Shown here piece after piece: positions 19,917-28,397 of a DNA stretch of 64,000 bases; position 1 is the first letter of the stretch; each line of letters opens with the position of its first letter. The stretch is from a bacterium (GTDB taxonomy: Bacteria > UBA10199 > 2-02-FULL-50-16 > JAJFLM01), in contig CBDCFN010000016.1 of the NCBI GenBank assembly GCA_965216315.1, positions 864,001 through 928,000 of the forward strand, read 5' to 3'. A program made the translations under genes and the position numbers. The notes beneath the pieces were generated by a model. That model searched no databases, was not told where the DNA came from, and saw nothing but the letters and a program-made list of their open reading frames with translations.

Positions 19917-19932
19917 AGGGTTGCCGTTTTTT
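19896..19932. terminator. Bidirectional rho-independent terminator
   Basis: AAAAAAACGGCAACCC-GGTGAA-GGGTTGCCGTTTTTT between convergent genes. Confidence 0.9.
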
Positions 19933-19952
19933 ATCTCTACGTTAAAGCGCGC

Positions 19953-21260
19953 TTAGAAGGAGAGGTTCGTCTGTAGGTAACCCCACAGCGGAACTTTCGA
20001 GCCCACGTTGGATTTGATAAATCCAGCGGGGATGAAGGCGCCAGCCCCGAATTGAAAGGCCAAGATATCGAGCGGTTTATAACGAAGCGTAAGATCCGCT
20101 TCGACGCCCGCAAAACGCGAGCCCGAAGGCCCTGCGGCACCGATCGGAGTCACGCCGTTGAGCCGGAAGAGTCCCGCTGACGTCTTGGTCCGCATCATCA
20201 TGTGCGTATCCAACTTGACCAGCCATTTTTCGCCTGGTTTCGCTGAAAGGTGGAGAACACCGCCCATGATGTTCCGGCGCCCGAAAAGGTCGATAAAGCC
20301 GAGCCATTTGTGGGCCGTCGGAAAGAGTTGGTTGTAATTGAGTGAGGTGACAAAGAACTCCAGGCCGACCCGGAAGTTGTACCAGTCTTCCCAGGTGTAT
20401 CCGCCCTCGACATCAAATTGCCAGTCGCGTTGATTGGCTCCAGCCAGTTTGCCGAACTGCCCGGTTCCTTCAAAACGATAGTCCCAGTTGTTGGGTTTCG
20501 ATTTGATGCGGAGCCCCCCGGTCACGTAGTTGTGGGGTCGAGGCGATGCCGTCTGATCGAGGCGATATAAGGCATACAGATCTAAGGCTTGAAAGAAGCG
20601 TCCCAAATCCAACGATGAATAGACACCGCCGAAATGGGCGTCTCCGAAGGAGCCGGTTGCGACACCGCGGCCAAACCCTGCTTCGACGTCATTGAGCAAG
20701 GACCAAAATAAGTCGACCCAGCCACTGTCGTGTTTGAAGTTTAGTTTGAGGGCATCAAAACTGCGGCCGACGTTGCTCCAGCCGACGTTGCCGATGACAA
20801 GATGATCCCCATAGATGAGTTCTTGTCGTCCTAGTTTGAAAGTGAACCAGTCAGAGGGGCTATAAGCGAGCCAACCCTGGTGGACACCGAGTGCCGGATC
20901 GTTGAGGACCGTCCCGCTCGTTGCCGCCGCGCCGGTCGCATTGGCGGCCGAATTGACTGTCGACAAGCTTGCAGTTGTCTCTCCCCAGCCGGCGGTGAAT
21001 TGAGGCTGAAAGAAGAGGACAATTTGCTCATGGGGGATGAAAGTAATGTCCGGGCGAATTCTCGTTAGAACAAAATCTCGGCGATCGGATGCCGAGGTAA
21101 AATCCGTATTTTGGAAATGTTCGTAACGGAAGCGTGCTTGCCCGCCGAACTTAAGTTTACCGTCAAGTAGCTCAAATTTCTCAGCCTGTGCGGTCGCCGG
21201 AAAGATAAAACCGACCGAGCACAGTGCGACGAGGAAGAGCTTCCAATAGTGCTGTTTCAT
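19953..21260 (-). CDS. Alginate-export (AlgE-like) outer-membrane beta-barrel porin
   Basis: Signal peptide; GGQARFRYE, KLGRQELIYGDHLVIGNVGWSNVGRSFDA, QLFPTAHKWLGFID; terminal Phe. Confidence 0.8.
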   Translation of the reverse strand: MKQHYWKLFLVALCSVGFIFPATAQAEKFELLDGKLKFGGQARFRYEHFQNTDFTSASDRRDFVLTRIRPDITFIPHEQIVLFFQPQFTAGWGETTASLSTVNSAANATGAAATSGTVLNDPALGVHQGWLAYSPSDWFTFKLGRQELIYGDHLVIGNVGWSNVGRSFDALKLNFKHDSGWVDLFWSLLNDVEAGFGRGVATGSFGDAHFGGVYSSLDLGRFFQALDLYALYRLDQTASPRPHNYVTGGLRIKSKPNNWDYRFEGTGQFGKLAGANQRDWQFDVEGGYTWEDWYNFRVGLEFFVTSLNYNQLFPTAHKWLGFIDLFGRRNIMGGVLHLSAKPGEKWLVKLDTHMMMRTKTSAGLFRLNGVTPIGAAGPSGSRFAGVEADLTLRYKPLDILAFQFGAGAFIPAGFIKSNVGSKVPLWGYLQTNLSF

Positions 21261-21316
21261 GGCAGAGCCTCCTTATGATTGTGGGCTTATACAATTCCAT
21301 ATAGCCAGACATGAAA

Positions 21317-21330
21317 ATGATGCTTATCAA
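21317..21330. promoter_or_regulatory. FNR-like box upstream of the porin gene
   Basis: Minus strand TTGAT-AAGC-ATCAT, one mismatch from TTGAT-N4-ATCAA. Confidence 0.6.
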
Positions 21331-21360
21331 GGCCCCATATGATCTTGAATAGGCCGATTA

Positions 21361-23103
21361 TCATAGGATTTTGCGTTTGAGGACGCGGCCAATGAGGCGG
21401 GCGCGATCACGCCAGGGAAACCGGAGGAAATTCGTCTTGATGACGCCACGTGAGAAATAAGTCGGTGCGGAGTAGTCGATACGTACATTCACCAGGACGG
21501 GTTTTCCCTGTTGACTGAGCCGTCTTGCGGCGGCGAGCCGATCAGCGATATCGCCGTCCGTTTCAATTTCGAGGTATTCGAGATGGAGTGCGGCACTGAA
21601 GGCCTTGAAATCGAGGCTGGGTAGACTGGTACAGGTCTCGCGATTCAGCGAAGCTTTTTGAAATTGGGCGATTTGCGATAATTTCCCATCATTGAGAACG
21701 CAGATGACGGGGCCGATTCCATAGGTGGCGGCGGTCAGCAGCTCAAGTCCCGTCATCAAGAAGGCGCCATCACCGGCGAGGGCGACGACGGGGCGATCGG
21801 GGCTGGCTAATTTTGCACCGATGGCGGCGGGCACACTGTAACCCATGCAGGAATAATCCGTTGGGGCCAGAAACGAGCGTGCTCGGGTTAAACGAAGCAG
21901 CTCCATGGCGAGAAATGTGCCGTTACCACTGTCAGCGACATAGAGACTCTCGGGGCCAAATTCTTTGTCCAGAGCGTCGAGTAATTTGACTGGAGACACG
22001 CGCCGATTGTGGCTGGTTGCCCCTGCTTGTTCGTTTTTAACCGCTTCATGGGCTGCGCGTAAGGTCTTTAATCGGTTTTCGTTGCGTGGTTTGGCTTTAA
22101 GTTCCGTAGTGGTGAGTAGGGACGATAATGCTTCCGTGGCTTCACTCGTCCATGTGACTTCGGCCGGATAGTTCTTGTTAAAGACCTCCGGGTTGATGTC
22201 GATATGAAGCAGTCGTGATGGTGGTTTGAAACCGTAGCTGGCGGTCGCTACCTCGCCAAAGCGACAACCAATAGCCAAGAGGCAATCAAAATTTTTCTCG
22301 AGCTGGCGGATTGGCGTTGGAGCGGCGGCTCCCATCGTATTCCAGGCCCAGCGTGGATGATCCTCGGGAAAAACACCTTTGGCGGAGATGGTCGTAAAAA
22401 CGATCGCGTCAAGGCGGTCCGCCAGTTCGATGAGTTGAACGCGAGCCTGCTGGGTTCCGATGCCGGCATAGATAGCGATAGATTGAGATTCGTTAAGAGC
22501 CTGAACGATGGCATGAAGGTTGTGTTCGGAAGGGCTTGTTTTATAGGTTTCGATTGTTGAATCTTCATCATATTGTAACGCTTGTTCGTCAATGCCACCG
22601 ATAAATAGGTAGAGATTGGCTGGGATTTCTATCATGACGGGTCCTGCTGGCGCCAAGCGCGCGAGTGTGCAGGCTTCGCGAATCAGCCGATATAATTCCT
22701 GATGGGTATGGGCTTTAAAGACTTTTTTGCAAACCGGTGTAGCGATAGCGCATTGGTCAACGTCATGAAGTTGAAAGGCTGCACCTGTATCTTCACGAAG
22801 GCCACAGGAGAGCACGAGCATGGGGGTTTGATCGAGAAAGGCCTCGGCGATGCCGGAGAGGGCATGCGTGAGGCCGGCTCCCGGTACCAAGTTGAGGGCG
22901 GCCAGTTCCCCTGACGCGCGAGCGACGCCGTCGGCCATAAAGGAGGCGCATTGTTCATCGGTGACGAGTATGGGTTGGAGCCGGTCCGATTCGATCATCG
23001 CATCATAAAGTTCGATGTTGTGAGTTCCCGGAATTCCAAAGGTGAAGCGAACTCCTGCGTCTTCCAAGGAGCGACAGACGATTCGGGCGCCGCTCATTTT
23101 CAT
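21361..23103 (-). CDS. Thiamine diphosphate-dependent enzyme (acetolactate synthase-like superfamily)
   Basis: FGIPGTH, EQCASFMADG, GDGAFLM...ND ThDP motif, MGYSVPAAIGAK. Confidence 0.9.
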   Translation of the reverse strand: MKMSGARIVCRSLEDAGVRFTFGIPGTHNIELYDAMIESDRLQPILVTDEQCASFMADGVARASGELAALNLVPGAGLTHALSGIAEAFLDQTPMLVLSCGLREDTGAAFQLHDVDQCAIATPVCKKVFKAHTHQELYRLIREACTLARLAPAGPVMIEIPANLYLFIGGIDEQALQYDEDSTIETYKTSPSEHNLHAIVQALNESQSIAIYAGIGTQQARVQLIELADRLDAIVFTTISAKGVFPEDHPRWAWNTMGAAAPTPIRQLEKNFDCLLAIGCRFGEVATASYGFKPPSRLLHIDINPEVFNKNYPAEVTWTSEATEALSSLLTTTELKAKPRNENRLKTLRAAHEAVKNEQAGATSHNRRVSPVKLLDALDKEFGPESLYVADSGNGTFLAMELLRLTRARSFLAPTDYSCMGYSVPAAIGAKLASPDRPVVALAGDGAFLMTGLELLTAATYGIGPVICVLNDGKLSQIAQFQKASLNRETCTSLPSLDFKAFSAALHLEYLEIETDGDIADRLAAARRLSQQGKPVLVNVRIDYSAPTYFSRGVIKTNFLRFPWRDRARLIGRVLKRKIL

Positions 23104-24605
23104 GTACAGCCTCCAAGGTCGCGACGGATTCCTTCGGCGACACGATCAGCCAACGCCATGACAGTCAGGTAGGGATTGACTTCGGCAGCGGCAGGAAAGA
23201 GGCTGGCATCCGCCACGTAGATATCGTTATGGCCGTGGAGCTTCCCCCAGGGATTGGTGACGGAGCTTTGTTTGTCTTCGCCCATGCGACATCCCCCCAT
23301 GAGATGGCCAGCAGAAATGGAAGCTTGCCCCAATTTGAATAGCTTGCTTTGAATGAGCTTGTCCACCTCATTGGCCTGGGTGGAGCGAATAAAGAATGGA
23401 TCCATCGCCGGGGTGTGGACCTCTTCGGCTCCCGCAGCAAACAAGATCCGGGCTCCGGCGCGGCAGCCTTGTGTGAGGGCCTCAATGGTTTTTTTGCTGA
23501 AGCGGTAGTTTACCTGGGGATTGCCGTTTTGATCAAAACCGATGTGGTTATGTTCCTCGGCTTCATCAATCGCGAGCAAGAGGATCATTTGGAGGCTGTC
23601 AAAGTGGTCCGTATATTCGTCGAGTTCATGACCATAGGCGGCAACGCTTTTGGCGAAGGTGAAAGGGAAGTACATGCAAGTTTCCAACAAGAAGCGGTTT
23701 GAGTCGACAAAGTCATCGCAATAATAGCTCTTGGGGTGGCCGGCCGTGTTTTTGATCGCACGCGGGTGGCGTCCAGCCAGCATAAGAGCCGGGTGACAAG
23801 TGAAGAAATGTCCCAGCGCCGGAGATAAGTCGGAGCCATAAGAGCGGTGCAGTATAGCGGGTGAATGAATGGCTCCCGCTGCAACGACAATTTTATGGGC
23901 GTGAATGCGATAAGCGCCGGGGGCTAACGGAGAGGCATCGAGTCCGTGTTCGGGCGGAACGACTTCGGCGATGACGTCGTGATCGTCGATTTTGCGAACG
24001 CGGCAGAAGGGAATGACCTCAACGCCTAGCTCTTCCGCGCGGGGAATCTGGACAACGGCTGTTCCCTGTTTCGCGTGGACGGCACACCCAAGATTGCAAG
24101 TTCCGAGTCCCTGACAGTCTCTGACATTAACCGGGAACTGTTGGGCGTTCCACTTGAGCTGTTCACAGCCTTTAACAAAGAGACGATTATTGTCGTTGAT
24201 TTCATCCGGCGGAAGTAAATGTACGTTGTTTTCTTCACGGTATTTTTGAGTCCGTGGTTCCATGTCCGCGTTGTCAACGCCGGGGATGTTCCATTTTCGA
24301 AGCACGGTGTCGGGGATGCCGAGACTTGTTCCCGTGTAGACAGTGGTTGAGCCGCCGACGGCATGTGCAAGTGCCATTGTCATGTCCTGGCTCGTCGTTG
24401 GATAGGCACCCTTGTGAAAATAATACTTTTCGGCCATTTCTAATTCACGACGTGTATTGTCTTGAGGGCGAAATCGTCCTCCCCATTCGAGCAAGGCGAT
24501 TCGGGTTCCCTGCTGACACAAAGGAGCGAGTTCCTTGGCGACAGTCCCGCCACCGGCTCCGGAGCCGATGATCACAATGTCGTATTGAAGGCTTTGTTCA
24601 GTCAT
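23100..24605 (-). CDS. GMC-family FAD oxidoreductase
   Basis: GSGAGGG, VGGSTTV, C..LG.CNLGC, GHLMGGCRMG, DASLFP..VNP.LT.MALA. Confidence 0.9.
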   Translation of the reverse strand: MTEQSLQYDIVIIGSGAGGGTVAKELAPLCQQGTRIALLEWGGRFRPQDNTRRELEMAEKYYFHKGAYPTTSQDMTMALAHAVGGSTTVYTGTSLGIPDTVLRKWNIPGVDNADMEPRTQKYREENNVHLLPPDEINDNNRLFVKGCEQLKWNAQQFPVNVRDCQGLGTCNLGCAVHAKQGTAVVQIPRAEELGVEVIPFCRVRKIDDHDVIAEVVPPEHGLDASPLAPGAYRIHAHKIVVAAGAIHSPAILHRSYGSDLSPALGHFFTCHPALMLAGRHPRAIKNTAGHPKSYYCDDFVDSNRFLLETCMYFPFTFAKSVAAYGHELDEYTDHFDSLQMILLLAIDEAEEHNHIGFDQNGNPQVNYRFSKKTIEALTQGCRAGARILFAAGAEEVHTPAMDPFFIRSTQANEVDKLIQSKLFKLGQASISAGHLMGGCRMGEDKQSSVTNPWGKLHGHNDIYVADASLFPAAAEVNPYLTVMALADRVAEGIRRDLGGCT

Positions 24606-25000
24606 TTTATGGGAGGGATAAGATAATGAAGGTCCGCATAGACCGAACTCTGGCCATAAACCCCTAGCTTGGCGAGAGTGCTGAGCCCCCAGAACCCCTT
24701 GCGCATCAGACCGATTGGCGAATTGTAAAATTGATGGAGCAGGGCCTCCTGTCGTGCGGGATTAAGACCCTTAAAGAGGTGGCCGGTCATGCATAATGAC
24801 CAGATATCGACAATAGTGAAAAAAAGGCTTAGTTTTTTCAGTTGTTGTGGTGGCTGTGAACGGAGAATGCGGTTGATGAGCTCAAGTGATTGTTTTCGCT
24901 GAGCGGCGGTAAAGTGCCGAGCTCGCGGAACGAGGCAGGCCTGCAGTGCTTCAAAACGTCGGGCGCGCTTTCCCTGTAAAAAGGGAGGTTTTGTTGCCAC
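24602..25000 (-). CDS. Small GMC-associated protein (gluconate dehydrogenase subunit-3-like)
   Basis: FKGLNPARQEALL..RKGFWGLSTLAKLGVY pattern; overlaps the GMC start (ATGA). Confidence 0.6.
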   Translation of the reverse strand: MATKPPFLQGKRARRFEALQACLVPRARHFTAAQRKQSLELINRILRSQPPQQLKKLSLFFTIVDIWSLCMTGHLFKGLNPARQEALLHQFYNSPIGLMRKGFWGLSTLAKLGVYGQSSVYADLHYLIPPIK

Positions 25001-25031
25001 GCTCGGGCCTTAGCCTGCCGGTTGTTCCGTG

Positions 25032-25652
25032 TCAATTCGAATGATAGCGATAGTGGCCTGTTATCGGATAGGTGAAGAGGATATCTTCTATTTGCGGGCC
25101 TTTCCCAATGTTGTGGACGATCAGTGGACGTTTGCCATCCGCAGAGTAGCGGTCGATGACGAGACCAATATGAGGAAGGTTGCCGGGAATCGTCCAGGTG
25201 ACTAGGTCCCCCGGCCGGTACGTCTCAGGTTTTTGGTTTGCCAGCAATTTTTGCCCCTTGCGACTGAAGAAGACCTGGAGGTTGGGAACGCGACGATGAT
25301 CGATATTGGTATCCGGTTGTCGCAGTCCCCACTTCTTCGGATAGAGGGCAAAATGAGCTTTCATGTCTTGATGGACTTCTTTCTGCAGGTCAATGCCGAC
25401 AGCCCGGTAAGCGCGGACAATGACATCCGTACAGACCCCGATGTTGTCCGGGACATCGCCTCCCGGATAGGGGATTTTCCGGTAACTACCGTCATAGCGC
25501 ACCTGATGCTGGGTTCGTTCCGTTGCCGCGGTGATCAACTGACGCACGAAGTCGTTTGTCGGGGCAGCCGTCACTTGCGCCCCGATGGGGGCGGCCACCG
25601 CCATTATAAAGAGGAGAATCGTCGAGACCTGATTTTTTATGAGCCAACGCAT
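25032..25652 (-). CDS. DUF1287 (YijF-like) secreted protein
   Basis: YDGSY..IPYPGGDVP..GVCTDVIVRAYR, DTNIDHRRVPNL, PHIG, HNIG.G. Confidence 0.9.
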   Translation of the reverse strand: MRWLIKNQVSTILLFIMAVAAPIGAQVTAAPTNDFVRQLITAATERTQHQVRYDGSYRKIPYPGGDVPDNIGVCTDVIVRAYRAVGIDLQKEVHQDMKAHFALYPKKWGLRQPDTNIDHRRVPNLQVFFSRKGQKLLANQKPETYRPGDLVTWTIPGNLPHIGLVIDRYSADGKRPLIVHNIGKGPQIEDILFTYPITGHYRYHSN

Positions 25653-25674
25653 GAGAGTTGTCAGATAACATATC

Positions 25675-25692
25675 GAAATATATTAATATTTC
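25675..25692. promoter_or_regulatory. AT-rich palindrome in divergent promoter
   Basis: GAAATAT-ATTA-ATATTTC. Confidence 0.3.
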
Positions 25693-25819
25693 AATAATAT
25701 TTAGTAGTCATTATAATAGGAGGAAAGGGCAACTTTTGAGGGGGCAGACCGAAGAATTGCGTAGGAAATGAGTATTTGACCGTTTGGGGTCGCAAGGGTA
25801 GAGAGAGTCTTCAGCTGAT

Positions 25820-26473
25820 ATGATTTCAAAGCTCAAAGAACCAGTGAATGGCCTGACTCACTTGGCAGGTCTTTTCTTGGCAATCGCGGGTTTCTGCCTC
25901 TTGCTGATCGCTGCGGCAGAATACGGGACGAAGTGGCATCTGATCGCATTTGCGGTCTTCGGGACGAGTCTTATCCTCATGTACACATCGAGTTCACTCT
26001 ATCATCTTCTGCCGCTCTCCGAGCGCGGGACGCGCATGCTCAAGCGGGTTGACCATATGATGATTTTTATTTTGATCGCAGGGACGTATACACCGATTTG
26101 CTTGGTTCCCTTGCGTGGCGTCTGGGGCTGGACGCTTTTCGGGGTCGTTTGGGGGATGGCTGTGCTCGGGTTTGTGATTAAGCTGTTTTGGATCCACGCC
26201 CCACGTTGGTTTTCAACCGCCATCTATTTGGCCATGGGGTGGGTTTGCGTCTTGGCAATTTATCCCATGGTTGAAAAGCTTCCCATCGGTGCGCTGGCAT
26301 GGCTTGCCGCGGGTGGGCTCATTTATAGTGTGGGGGCTATCATTTACGGAACAAAGTGGCCCGATCCTTTTCCGAAGGTCTTCGGCTTTCATGAGATTTG
26401 GCATTTATTTGTTCTCGGTGGCAGTTTTTGTCATTTTTGGCTGATGTACTCATACGTGACTTATATAGGATAA
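25820..26473 (+). CDS. Hemolysin III / PAQR-family membrane protein
   Basis: EPVNGLTH, SSLYH, DHMMIFILIAGTYTP, FGFHEIWHLFVL. Confidence 0.92.
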   Translation: MISKLKEPVNGLTHLAGLFLAIAGFCLLLIAAAEYGTKWHLIAFAVFGTSLILMYTSSSLYHLLPLSERGTRMLKRVDHMMIFILIAGTYTPICLVPLRGVWGWTLFGVVWGMAVLGFVIKLFWIHAPRWFSTAIYLAMGWVCVLAIYPMVEKLPIGALAWLAAGGLIYSVGAIIYGTKWPDPFPKVFGFHEIWHLFVLGGSFCHFWLMYSYVTYIG

Positions 26474-26478
26474 CAATA

Positions 26479-27534
26479 ATGGCACAGGCACAGACGATAC
26501 CCGCAGATTTTCTTGAAATGAATGACTTGATGCAGGTCTTCTTGGAACGGGTGCAGGCCGATATGGCGGCATTGAGTGAAAGTTCCGCGGAGGCCTTCCA
26601 AGGGCTTAAGGAAAACGTGCTTAAGTCGTGGGAAAAACTTCCTACAGTGATCAATGATTATAAGCGGTCGATGCAAAACATGCCGTGGGAACTGCGACAA
26701 CGTCGTTTTATCAAGGGGCTTTCCAAAGATATTGAAGCCTTTGAGCAGGATGTCAGGCGTTATGTCGCTGAATTAAAGGAAGCAAAGCTAGCGGATGTCT
26801 ACCGCAAAGCTCTGTACTCGCGGACACGACGCCTGGCTGAACGCATTGCTGAGTTGGAAAATCACAACCTGTTTCAAAAGTTCTTAAAGGGCGAAGTGAT
26901 TCTGGCCAGTAAGAAATCCATTCAGTGGGGCCGCAAGTTTGCGCATGCGGCCTTGGGGATGGCGTTTCTCTATATTTTTATCTATTCGGGATTTCCGCAA
27001 ACAGTTATCTGGTCGATAGCGGGTGCTTATTTGATTTGGTCCTTTTCGCTGGAGACGGCACGTCACATGAACCCTCGGATCAATGAGTGGGTGTGTAAGG
27101 CCTTTCGACCGATAATGCGAGAACGCGAGAAGACGCGGGTTAACTCGGCCATCTTCTACAGTATCTCGATGGCGATTGTGTATTTCGGTTTTCCGACCGA
27201 AGTGACCGTGTTGACGATGCTGTTTATTGCATTGGGCGACCCCGCCGCGGGTATTGTCGGTATCTACTGGGGGCGGAAAAAACTGACGCAGCATTCAAGT
27301 CTCGAAGGCTCCTTGGCATGCTTTGCTGTTTGCGCCCTTTCGGCCGCTATCTGTGGGGCTTTTCTTTTTGAGGTGTCACTCGGCTTTTTTCCGCTCGTTC
27401 TTTTCGCCGGGCTCTGTGGGCTCGTTGGGGCGGTCGCGGAGACCTCCTTTAAAAAATTCGATGATAATCTTGTCATGCCGCTCCTATCGGCGCCGGCCCT
27501 CTGGGTGTTGATGCAGGTTTTCGGTATTATCTAG
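26479..27534 (+). CDS. CTP-dependent lipid kinase (phytol/dolichol/Dgk1-like) with N-terminal helical domain
   Basis: RKFAH, MRERE, GDPAAGIVG, SLEGS, DDNLVMP; start ATG 26479. Confidence 0.75.
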   Translation: MAQAQTIPADFLEMNDLMQVFLERVQADMAALSESSAEAFQGLKENVLKSWEKLPTVINDYKRSMQNMPWELRQRRFIKGLSKDIEAFEQDVRRYVAELKEAKLADVYRKALYSRTRRLAERIAELENHNLFQKFLKGEVILASKKSIQWGRKFAHAALGMAFLYIFIYSGFPQTVIWSIAGAYLIWSFSLETARHMNPRINEWVCKAFRPIMREREKTRVNSAIFYSISMAIVYFGFPTEVTVLTMLFIALGDPAAGIVGIYWGRKKLTQHSSLEGSLACFAVCALSAAICGAFLFEVSLGFFPLVLFAGLCGLVGAVAETSFKKFDDNLVMPLLSAPALWVLMQVFGII

Positions 27535-27545
27535 CCGTAATCGAA

Positions 27546-28319
27546 CTAGGTATCGAGATGACGGAAGCGCGCCGCTCTTTTCTCAAGAAATGCGGCCATG
27601 CCTTCGCGTAATTCAGGACTGCCGTAGCAGGGATAGAGCGCATCAAGGCCTCGTTCCCAGAGTTCCCAGGGGATTGATTCTTCAAGCGCGCGTCGAGAGA
27701 GACGCAACGACTGGGGGCTCTTGTCGAGGATTTCCTGACAGACTTTGGCGACCTCAGTGTCGAGGGATTCCGGTGTTGTCACTCCATTAATTAAGCCCAT
27801 CGCGACTGCGTCTTCTGCCGTGTATTGGCGACACAGGTAAATGATCTCGCGTGCCCGTTTTTGGCCGACGACTTGCGGAAGGATCTGCGTCGCTCCCCAG
27901 AGCGGGACGCTGCCGACTTTCGGTCCGGTCTGGCCGAAACGAGCCGTCGTATCGGCATAAGTCAGATCACACATGAGATGGATCTCGTGGCCGCCACCGA
28001 GGCAATAACCACGGACTTTAGCGATGATCGGTTTATCAAGTTCTCTCATGGCGCGAGCAAAACGGCGGAGTACTTCAATAAAGGCCTGTCCCGATTGTTG
28101 ATCGAGATCCTTCATTTCGCTGATGTCGCCCCCGACGCAGAAGGCCTTGTCTCCCGCGGCAGTGAGAACAACGACGCCGAGGCTCGAGTCTTTGGCGATG
28201 TCTTCCAGTGCCTCGCTGGCTTCAACTAAGGTCTGAGTGCGAAAGGCATTCAGTTTGTCAGGGCGGTTCAAAGTTAGGGTGGCAATGCCGTTTTGTTTAT
28301 TGATGATGATATCGGTCAT
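27546..28319 (-). CDS. Crotonase superfamily enzyme, MenB/BadI-like
   Basis: LNRPDKLNAF, AFCVGGD, GGGHEIH, FGQTGPKVGS, KRAREIIYLCRQYTA. Confidence 0.85.
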   Translation of the reverse strand: MTDIIINKQNGIATLTLNRPDKLNAFRTQTLVEASEALEDIAKDSSLGVVVLTAAGDKAFCVGGDISEMKDLDQQSGQAFIEVLRRFARAMRELDKPIIAKVRGYCLGGGHEIHLMCDLTYADTTARFGQTGPKVGSVPLWGATQILPQVVGQKRAREIIYLCRQYTAEDAVAMGLINGVTTPESLDTEVAKVCQEILDKSPQSLRLSRRALEESIPWELWERGLDALYPCYGSPELREGMAAFLEKRAARFRHLDT

Positions 28320-28397
28320 GCTGGTAACAAACGATCTTGGCGTCAATATGTCAATGGTTGCCTTGTGGGGCGCATTCTGGCATCTTAAGTCCTATCC

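Noticed and set aside
25820..26473. Virulence hemolysin
   Set aside because: The hemolysin III/PAQR family is a widespread membrane-homeostasis family; there is no toxin context.
27546..28319. menB
   Set aside because: MenB-like motifs are present, but it reads FCVGGDI rather than FCSGGDQ and no other men genes are adjacent; left as MenB/BadI-like.
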